NCBI RefSeq assembly: GCF_964213995.1
Contig: NC_135818.1
Coordinates: 67,456,001 to 67,520,000 of the forward strand
Origin: Mustelus asterias
Lineage: Eukaryota
Length of the DNA: 64,000 nt
Reading direction: 5' to 3'
The stretch's first letter is position 1. The number at the start of each line of letters is the position of its first letter. The notes under the pieces were generated by a model. The model searched no databases. It saw only the letters and a program-made list of their open reading frames with translations, and had not been told where the DNA came from. Positions 1 to 9,019 of the stretch are shown here, one piece after another. Both the position numbers and the translations under genes were made by a program.

Positions 1-21
1 GGTGTTGGACTGGGGTGGGCG

Positions 22-194
22 CAGTAAGAAGTCTCACAACACCAGGTTAAAGTCCAACAGGTTTATTTGAAATCACAAGCTTTCGGAGCGCTGCTCCTTC
101 CACTGCTCATCTGATGAAGGAGCAGCACTCCAAAAGCTCATGATTCCAAATAAACCTGTTGGACTTTAACCTGGTGTTGTGAAACTTCTTACTG
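22..194. mobile_element. Penelope-like (PLE) inverted pseudo-LTR palindrome with degenerate hammerhead ribozyme core
   Basis: Arms 22-100 and 116-194 are imperfect reverse complements. CTGATGA-AGGAGCAGCACTCC-AAAAG starts at 111. The same sequence family recurs at ~50210-50265 and ~55503-55540. Confidence 0.75.
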
Positions 195-626
195 AGCTAA
201 AAGACAAGTTTTGGATTTGGAAAGTTCACTAGAAACTTTCAATGTCATCATTTGACTCAGGCAACTTGACAGACTATTTAAAAAAATTGTGAATGCTATA
301 TTTGGGTTGGTTTTCTAATATCATCACTTTCCAAGGTGTCACTTGTCAGCAACTGTAAATTTGCATTGAATTTAGGACAGTATTGTGCTTTTGGCACATT
401 TCTAAAACAAAAATAAAGCAGTTGGAATTCATTTCATGTATGGCTTTCTAACATTTCTGATAGCAGAAAGCATTCTTTTCTGTCTGTTTCAGTTCATCAA
501 AACAACATCCCAGAGATCAAAGGATTTGTGCTCCATGTGAAAGTGATTTTTGGCAAATGAGACATTTTTCACCGGGGCTGGAGCTGGATGAAGTGGTCTG
601 GTTTGGAGCTTCTTATAGGATACAAT

Positions 627-975
627 GGGCGGCATGGTAGCACAGTGGTTAGCACTGCTGCTTCACAGCTCCAGGACCTGGGTTCGATTCCCGGCTTGGG
701 TCACTGTCTGTGTGGAGTTTGCACGTTCTCCTCGTGTCTGTGTGGGTTTCCTCCGGTGCTCCGGTTTCCTCCCACAGTCCAAAGATGTGCAGGTTAGGTT
801 GATTGGCCATGCTAAAATAAATTGCACCTTAGTGTCCTGAGATGCGTAGGTTAGAGGGATTAGCGGGTAAATGTGTAGGGATATGGGGGTAGGGTCTGGG
901 TGGGATGTGGTCGGTGCAGACTTGATGGGCTAAATGGCCTCTTTCTGCACTGTAGGGTTTCTATGATTTCTATGA
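627..975 (+). mobile_element. HE1-like tRNA-derived SINE (CR1-type tail)
   Basis: A box TAGCACAGTGG, B box GGTTCGATTCC, body GTGGGTTTCCTCCGG..CCCACAGTCCAAAGATGTG, tail ending in TTCTATGA repeats. Confidence 0.9.
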
Positions 976-1201
976 ATGGATGGTTCACCGCACAGAAAGA
1001 GGTCACTTGACCCACTGTGTCTGGGCCAATGAAAGGACAAACCAGCCAGCCTAGTCCATTTTCCAGCATTTGCCCTGAAGGTTATGGACACTTGAAGTGG
1101 CATATCCCAACATCTTCGAATTGAGTTGAGGGTTGCTGCCTCTGCTTCCCTTTATCATTTATTACAAGTCATCTCTCATTTATGGAAGTTGGAGAGGACG
1201 A

Positions 1202-1550
1202 GGGACGGAATCTTCCTGCCGTTCACGCTGACAGGGTTTTTTGGTCCCACTGCAGTAACCAAAGATTTGGCTCAGCGCCAAATTCACCGTCCTCGCTCAC
1301 AGCGGCAGCGGGACATGAACGGTCATTAAGATCATACACAAGATGTCTTTGTTTTGGAAGGTGCATGTTAGCTTAAATCAAGTACAGCTTTAAGGGCGGG
1401 AGCCCTACCCCCCCCCCCCCCCCCCCCCCCCCCCGCCCCCCAATGGCTTGTTTTCTGGCAGTGGAGGCATCTTGCCATTGGCCGCCAGTGGGATCTTCTT
1501 TTCCCGCTGATGTCCATGGCGTTTTGCATGGCTCGTCCATCCCACTACTG
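1202..1550. mobile_element. Degenerate PIF/Harbinger-type MITE fragments with poly-C tract (~1407-1441)
   Basis: Ends resemble GGGCGGAAT(T)...AATTCCGCCC. Similar to 5620-5755, 34587-34829, 54830-54960 and 59910-60040. Confidence 0.45.
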
Positions 1551-2229
1551 GTAACTATAGTTACCTAATACTTGATATGGTTTTAACTCTTCTAATTTAT
1601 TGGGTAATAATTCTGGTAAGAGAGTGGGAACCATCCAAAGTCTCCGATTTAAATTGGAATATCAGATGGTTCCCAGTGCAGGGCCATTGCCCAACGGATG
1701 TTTGAATTTCCCAGGCAATTCCTGTGCAGTCCTTGCCTGGGAAGTTCTAAGGGGTCCCCAGTGTATCTTCTGGGTACAAAACCCAGGTGTTTGAAAGTTG
1801 TGGACCATTAACTTGGGCCTCAGTTGTGTAGATATAAGTGATTTTTTAATAAGCTTATGGAATGCTGTGAAGCGATGTTACTGTTAATCTTGCCTGGAAA
1901 ATAATGTCAAGATGTGATTGTTAAATAATGTGGTTAAGTAAGCCGTGATAATGACAAAACGAGTTAAACATTTGACAAACTTAAACAGAATCTGCCTGAT
2001 ACCTTGAAATAGCAGTTACATTGCATTGTGGTTTAGAACATGTGTCGAAGTTTAATGAACATGTTGTCATGTTGAGAAGCTAATTAATGGTCTAACTATA
2101 TGTATCAATGTCTTGGAAAAGCAAACATGGTTACATACTTTGTCAAACGTTTAGAATTTGTTGGACAAGGAATTGCTTTGAAACATCGCAAATTGTGACC
2201 TTTGGAATCTTTAACAAGGACTCTTGTAA

Positions 2230-2775
2230 GTGTCTGAACTGTAAGTCAAAGAGATTTTAACATCAGGCTAAATCAATCGTGTTAGCTTCATTAGTGTAAT
2301 TTAACTCACGGGCGGCACGGTAGCACAGTGGTTAGCACTGCTGCTTCACAGCTCCAGGGACCTGGGTTCGATTCCCGGCCTGGGTCACTGTCTGTGTGGA
2401 GTTTGCACATTCTCCTCGTGTCTGCGTGGGTTTCCTCCGGGTGCTCCGGTTTCCTCCCACAGTCCAAAGATGTGCAGGTTAGAGGGATTAGTGGGTAAAA
2501 TATGTAGGGATATGGGGGTAGGGCCTGGGGGGGATTGTGGTCGGTGCAGACTCGATGGGCCGAATGGCCTCTTTCTGTACTGTAGGGATTCTATGATTCT
2601 ATGATTCTATGAACTCAATCATGTTAGATCACTGAACGATCATATGGTCTTGGGGGAACAACAATGTAACTCTAATCAATCATGTTAGTGTGACAAAGCA
2701 CCAGCACCCTGAGAAGAATAAAAGTGAGACACCTTGCAACACTGGTGTACAGCAACAGAGGAAGAACCAAAAACC
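2230..2775. repeat. Unclassified dispersed repeat, copy 1 (interrupted by a SINE); inverted copy at ~4450-4685
   Basis: GGTGTACAGCAACAGAGGAAGAACCAAA matches the reverse complement of TTTGATTCTTCTGTTGCTGTACACC. About 240 bp align in inverted orientation. Confidence 0.75.
2309..2611 (+). mobile_element. HE1-like SINE with AACTCA target-site duplication
   Basis: Full head with (ATTCTATG)3 tail. AACTCA at 2303-2308 and 2612-2617; the empty site in the inverted copy has a single AACTCA. Confidence 0.92.
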
Positions 2776-4152
2776 ACTGGTCAATAGTGATGATATATGT
2801 GCCACAGTCAATTGGAACCCATGGACTGATGTTCAAACTGAACAAACTTTGTTACTTTGCTATACTGCCTTTGTTCAGTATCATGCTTTGTACTTATCAT
2901 GAAATGACTTAATAAATCTGTTGGGCTTGTTTCAACTCACCTGTACCCAGGTCTGTGGTTAGTCATGAATTTAGTCTGGATTTAGCCAGAAACTTACAAT
3001 TGAAGCATGTGGAATAGGAACCCCGTCAACTTTAGGTGAGCAGCTTAGCCACTGTTCAGCATTGGAAACAATGCGAGCCTTTCTAATGGTTAGGATACTT
3101 CAGACATTTTAACTTCTGATCTGCCCTGTTTCCTTGAGGCAGTTAATTGCCCAAAAGAAACCAAAACTGTAATTCCAGCAAACTATTTTCATTGTTAGGC
3201 AGCAGCAACACTAACGATATGCCAGAAAGTGGACCAAGACAGAAGGTGGACAAAAATCTGATCTTGTGAGCCTTCTGGGGTATCTTTATAGATCCATCAG
3301 AGTTCAGAGAACCTGGTTTGAAATCTGACCCTTCAGAAGTAGGTGTTCACTCATGTTCAAAGAATATAAAGTCATTACAAACAAAATGCTGTTGGGAGGA
3401 TGGAATTTTAAATATATTTAATATGTTAGTCTGTGAAGAAGGCTCTGTGTGTGTGTGTGTGTGTATGTGCGTAAATGATGTAATTAAGCTGGAGAAAGCT
3501 TACTGGAGATAAGTTGGCTGGGAGAGCTGAGAGATAACAGGGAAAAAGGTGCCAAATGTGTACATTTTTAATAAGAGGCCATGGTGAAGTGGATTTATAA
3601 GTAAATAGTTTGGGTTTAGTAATTTGCATTAGGAGATAGATAAGGACTTGGCTTTTCAACTGTTGCATTTCAAAGGGATTAGGGGCTTTTACAACTTACA
3701 AAGGTTTTATTAGTAAACAAGGGAGAGTTATTATATATTTTTTTGAAGACCCGAAAGGGGAGACAATTGGAAGACTTGAATTTTTTTTGGAAGAGCTGAG
3801 TTCAAAGAGATGCTGAGGATAATGAAATAAAAGAGGAAAAAGATATTTAAGGAAAGATGTTGAGCTGAGTTGTGTTGGTTGTCTGGGGAGGAGGAGGAGC
3901 CCTGAGACCAGCTCTGTGCATGGAGAAGATGCGAAATCTGAAGCAGCCATCAGGAAACCAGGAAAGTCTTTGTTTTGGAAAACAGTCTTGTTTCTGAATT
4001 CTCCTACATTTCCGTAATGGATTGGGAAGTTGTTTGGTATACCTTTACTAAAGTGACAGCAGTTTTACCCTGGGTAATGTTACTGGATTTTTAGAGTTGA
4101 AAATCTTTAAGTGTATTCTCGAAGATGTACACTAACTAAATGGGTTATTTTA

Positions 4153-4425
4153 GAATCATAGAACCATGGAATCTCTACAATGCAGGAAGAATCCATTTGG
4201 CCCATCAAGTTTGCACTGACTTTCCAAAAGAGCATCTCACCCAGGGCCCTCCCCTCCACCCTATCTCCATAACCCCGGCACACTTACCATGGCCAATCCA
4301 CCTAACTAACACATATTTGGACACCAAGGAGCTATTTAACATGGTCAATCCATCTAACCTACACAGTTTTGGAGTGTGGGAGGAAACCGGAGCACCCAGA
4401 AGAAATCACGCAGACACGGGGAGAT
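4153..4425 (-). mobile_element. HE1-like SINE, 5'-truncated and diverged
   Basis: Reverse-complement similarity to the SINE body and tail. Confidence 0.75.
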
Positions 4426-4449
4426 TCTATTACCCTATTGAATGATAAT

Positions 4450-4685
4450 CTTTGATTCTTCTGTTGCTGTACACCAATGCCTCAAAGTGTCTCATTTTTA
4501 TTCTTCCAGGGTGCAGGTGCCTTGTCAAACTAACATGATTAGATTAGAATTACATGGTTGTTCCCCCCGACAATATGATGGTTCAGTGAGCTAACATGAT
4601 TGAGTTAAATTACATTAATCAAGCTAACATGATGGATTTAGCTTGATGTTAAAATTACTTTACCTTTCAGTCCACAAACCCTGAC
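4450..4685. repeat. Unclassified dispersed repeat, copy 2 (inverted relative to 2230-2775)
   Basis: Direct reverse-complement alignment. Confidence 0.75.
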
Positions 4686-5026
4686 CAGTTTTCTTCTTAA
4701 TAGGTCTTTCATTTTAAAAAGAAATCCTCAAATATTATTGGAATTCTATGTTTCGAGGATCAATAGGTTTTCCCTCTTTTTCAAAATACAAAAAAAAAAG
4801 TTATGATCAGTGAGATGAGTTTCCCTCTGGGATTTGATTTGCTCAGCAAAGAATATCTGCTATGGTCATTAACACTGTTTTCATTTTCCCATTTTACTAC
4901 TAAAAACATGTTATATCATTTTCAAGAACTAAGTTATGCAGTACACTTTACATAGAATCAAGAGCCTATATTTAAATGAGATGATTTGTTGCATATCTCC
5001 AGGTGATTAACTTGTATATTGATCAC

Positions 5027-5332
5027 GGGGGTGGCATAGTGGTTAGCACTGCTGCTTCATCACACCAGGGATCCGGGTTCGATTCCCGGCTTGGGTCACT
5101 GTCTGTGAGGAGTCTACGTTCTCCCCGTGTCTGCGTGGGTTTCCTCTGGGTGCTCCGGTTTCCTCCCACAGTCTGAAAGACGTGCTGGTTAGATGCATCG
5201 GCCATGCTAAATTTTCCCTCAGTGTTACCCGAACAGACGCCGGAGTGTGGCGACTCGGGATTTTCACAGTAACTTCACTGCAGTGTTAATGTGAGCCGAC
5301 TTGTGACACTAATAAATAAACTTTAAACTTTA
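5027..5332 (+). mobile_element. HE1-headed SINE, type B tail
   Basis: HE1 head and body followed by GGAGTGTGGCGAC..GGATTTTCACAGTAACTTCA.TGCAGTGTTAATGT..CTTGTGACACTAATAAATAAAC. Confidence 0.85.
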
Positions 5333-6332
5333 AGATGCAGCTCAGCCACTGAAGCTGAATCCAGTTGTAGCTTATCAACATTAGAAATATAAAATGATTG
5401 TCACGGTTTACTGACACTTTTTGTGAAAGGCTGTATTGCATTTTATTGCTTGGGACCAGTGCATGGGCCTAATAAGATGCCAGTTTGAGGAAAATCAGAT
5501 TCCTACGAGCTGTTCCTAAACATTAACTCTTCCATTGGCTCTGGTGGATTCTCGGGGGCTGTCCAATAATTCCACAGAACCATTCATCATCTGCTTCTTG
5601 GAAAAGGCCAAAAGACATTGTGGGGGTTTCTCCGGCCTTTCACGCCAATGGGATTCTATGGTCCTGCTGCGGTAATTGGAGATTTGGCTGAGCACCAAAT
5701 TCTGCGTCCTCGCTAACAGCGGTGGTGGGGCGTGAACGGCGGAGAATTCCGGCTGTTAAACGTAAAATTAGCACATTCATTAAGAACTTCTGTAATAATA
5801 TTAGTTATATGTAATTCACAGCACTGATGGTGCTTATCCACAGCAGTCTAAATATTGCTAATAAACTTCCTTTGTGCATTGTCAGTGGACAAATGGCTAA
5901 CAGGACTTGTCAGTCCCTTCAATAATACTGCGTGGTTGGTGTATTTCTCAATCCAATGCTATGCAGTAATATAGGATGTGGTGAACAGATGCTCTTCATC
6001 TGAGTAATAGAGAGATAAAGAATAAATGTATTCAAGCTGTTTTCAATTAGCAGTAAAAACAAATGATCTGATTCAATTTCTGCTTGGATTTCCTTATAAG
6101 TTCCAGCACAAGAAAAACATGCATAATTTTACTGAAAACCTTAGACATATTCCATCCAAAGAAGACAGACAACCTTGCACGAGTACCCCCTTCAGTTTAC
6201 ATCAGAACATAGATTCAAATTGGAAGAACTAATTTTTACGTTGTGTCTTTAAATGTAGAAAATATTCCAAGTAACATTTGATGGGGGGGGAATAGGTTCT
6301 GTCCACTCACTATGATTTTCTAAATGGCCTGT

Positions 6333-6525
6333 TATTTGATTTGATTTATTAGTGTCACATGGATTAGTATGCATTGAAAAGTATTGTTTCTTGTGTGCTA
6401 TACAAAGCTATATCATACATAGACAAGGAAATGAGAGAGTGCAGGATGTAGTGTTACAGTCATAGCTAGGGTGTGGAGAAAGATCAACTTAATGCGAGGT
6501 GGGCCCATTCGAAGGTCTGATGGTT
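6333..6525 (-). mobile_element. Rex1/Babar-like LINE 3' UTR fragment
   Basis: (TTTGA)n tail and similarity to 6958-7170. Confidence 0.7.
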
Positions 6526-6957
6526 ATCAGATCCCTAATAAGTGATTCTAGCATTTTCCTGACCACTGTTGCCAGGGTAACTCCTCTACATGTGGTACAG
6601 AATCATTTGCATGGCCATTCAATTCAGTCTTGGGGGCAGAGGCCTGATTTTTAAATGGGAATTGGATTGGAGCATGGTGAACCTAGAGAGTGGAGGCCTT
6701 AATTGAATTCATTTTTTTCAGTGACTCACTCAAACCAGTTGGAGGAGTAGGAGTTCAGGGCAGAAAGACAGAGCTGGGGTAATGGTGCCCAGTGGTCAAC
6801 TGAAGAGGCTGTTTGCAGGTGATTTAGGAGGGGGTGGTGAGGGGGGGAGCCAGAGGAAAGAGGCAGTCAATGTTTTCTGGTGCCCAAGAGGAAAGCTCCT
6901 GCTCTTCTTAGCCCAAGTGGGAACTGTTGGGTCCATTCATTCCTTTGAACAGACAAT

Positions 6958-7626
6958 TTTGATTTGATTTGATTTGATTTGATTTATTATTGTCACATGT
7001 ATCCACATACAGTGAAAAGTATTGTTTCTTGCGCGCTATACAGACAAAGCATATCGTTCATAGAGAAGGAAACGAGAGAGTGCAGAATGTAGTGTTATAG
7101 TCATAGCTAGGGTGTAGAGAAAGATCAACTTACTGCAAGGTAAGTCCACTCAAAAGTCTGACAGCAGCAGGGAAAAAGCTGTTCTTGAGTTGGTTGGTAC
7201 GTTACCTCAGACTTTTGTATCTTTTTCTCGAAGGAAGAAGGTGGAAGAGAGAATGTCTGGGGTGCGTGGGGTCCTTAATTATGCTGGCTGCTTTGCTGAG
7301 GCAGTGGGAAGTGTAGACAGAGTCAATGGATGGGAGGCTGGTTTGCATGATGAATTGGACCATATTCACAATATTTTGTAGTTTCTTGTGGTCTTGGGCA
7401 GAGTAGGAGCCATACCAAGTTGTGATACAACCAGAAAGAATGCTTTCTATGGTGCATCTGTAAAAGTTGGTGAGAGTCGTAGCTGACATGCCAAATTTCC
7501 TTAGTCTTCTGAGAAAGTAGAGACGTTGGTGAGCTTTCTTAACTATAGTGTTGGCATGGGAGGGACCAGGACAGATTGTTGGTGATCTGGACACCTAAAA
7601 ACTCGAAGCTCTCGACCCTTTCCACT
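6958..7626 (-). mobile_element. Rex1/Babar-like LINE, 5'-truncated (ORF C-terminus and 3' UTR)
   Basis: ORF 7202-7594 IVKKAHQRLYFLRRLRKFGMS..FYRCTIESILSGCITTWYG; (ATCAA)n tail. Confidence 0.85.
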
Positions 7627-8399
7627 GGTATGGGGCTTTAATATGTATTTCTTTTATTGAACAGAACTTAAGAAATTTAAGCATGACAGAAGCGAAAAGA
7701 AAAAGCAGAGCGAACTTGGAAATTGGCTTCTCCTGCCAGTCTGTATAGTGAACACCCTGAACTGGATCTTGAAAACAAACTGAAAACTGAACACACAGTT
7801 CCAAACTATATTTCAATTCTTATCTCATTATTGGAAATGTTTTTCGCAAGCTGTCTCTGTCTGGGAAAACAAATCTTGCAGCTGTTTTTATGAAAAACTT
7901 GTTTTGCCTGCATTGTGCACCCTTTAGGAATGCAGTCAATCTTTAGCTAACCCAGCATGCCTTCTGAGTTTTAAAATGTAGTCAATAATCGATTTTTTAA
8001 GCTGAGCAGAGTTAGTTGCGTAGGCAAAAAGTATCTTAAAATTAAGTCTTTGCATAGATGAAGTCTTTGCATAGACTGAAGCAAACAGAGCTAAGCATAC
8101 ATAGGATCTCTCAAAATCTAAAGTTCAAACTCACCAATAGGGCCCGCCTGGCCAACAATCCGCATCCCGTTGGGAAACCCCTGATGTCCCATCTGCTAGT
8201 ATCACAGTCAGCTCCTGTTAATGTCATTGTAACCCTTCCTGCATATTGTAACCCAATCTGCTCCAAACATCAATTTGAGTTCAGGACACACTGGAGAGGC
8301 GGTGGGCTGGGGGGTAGGGGTGGTGGGTAAGTGACTGTGCTGGTTTAATACTGTTTATTCTCCCCTCCTCTGCCAGGTAGTTTCTGCCAGGTAGGGCAA

Positions 8400-8662
8400 T
8401 TAAAATTCGCATTGAACCAATCCATGAGTTGTTAGCACTTGGCCTTGGAGCTGAGTGTGTTTGGGCTGAGGAGAAAAGGTTCTGATGAGGTTATTCGATG
8501 TGAAGAGAAGGGGCTTTGGGGCTGTTCTTGCTTGGATCTGCGGTCCATGACATTCAGGGAGCAAAAGGGGAAACACCAATAATTCAGTGGCAATGTGATC
8601 AAGGGCTGAAGTGAAGGAGCGATGGAGCATATCAACAGATAGCTGCACAGGTGGATGCAGAG
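8400..8662 (-). mobile_element. Old L2-like LINE ORF2 relic, the target of the Gypsy insertion (probably continuing at ~13385-13500)
   Basis: Degenerate translation VDMLHRSFTSALDHIA resembles the L2 linker region. Confidence 0.4.
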
Positions 8663-8957
8663 TGTGGTGAACCATCGTTGGTTCACCACTGGGGGTTGTT
8701 ACTATGTTACTGTTGGGCTAGGGTGTTGTTACTGTGGGGGTTGTACAATGTTGTTGGGTTAGGGTGTTTACCTGTTATAAGAGTTATCATGGCACATTCC
8801 AGTGGGGTCCCGCCTCCGGTGGCGAGGTATAAGACCCCCTGCTCCGGCAGGACCCCTTCAGTCTGAACTGGTGTATTCGTGTTAGTAGTTCCATTGTTAC
8901 TCTATTAAAGCCTTCAATACCGAAGCCTTGGTTCCACGTGCTTATTGTCGCGCATCA
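8663..8957 (+). repeat. 5' LTR (295 bp)
   Basis: Identical to 13085-13379 except T8803 versus C13225. Confidence 0.98.
8828..8862 (+). promoter_or_regulatory. Putative LTR core promoter: TATAAG plus TCAGT initiator
   Basis: TATAAG at 8828-8833 and TCAGT at 8858-8862, about 30 nt apart. Confidence 0.55.
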
Positions 8958-8958
8958 A

Positions 8959-8971
8959 TTTAATAGAGTAA
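8959..8971 (+). other. Non-tRNA PBS-position element, complementary to LTR 8897-8909
   Basis: TTTAATAGAGTAA is the exact reverse complement of TTACTCTATTAAA. It lies 1 nt after the LTR end and there is no TGG. Confidence 0.75.
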
Positions 8972-9019
8972 ACAGAAAACTCACAGCTGTACAACAAGAA
9001 GAAAAAAAAAACAGAGAGT

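Noticed and set aside
627-700. tRNA genes at SINE heads
   Set aside because: A and B boxes are present, but they continue into SINE bodies and lack a complete cloverleaf
588-1069. Recurrent short ORFs such as MVAQWLALLPHS.. and GGTVVSTAASQ.. as a small-protein family
   Set aside because: They are translations of SINE copies, with frames and stops varying between copies
8043-8395. Two short tandem duplications (17 bp at ~8044, 14 bp at ~8369)
   Set aside because: Ordinary slippage duplications with no further structure
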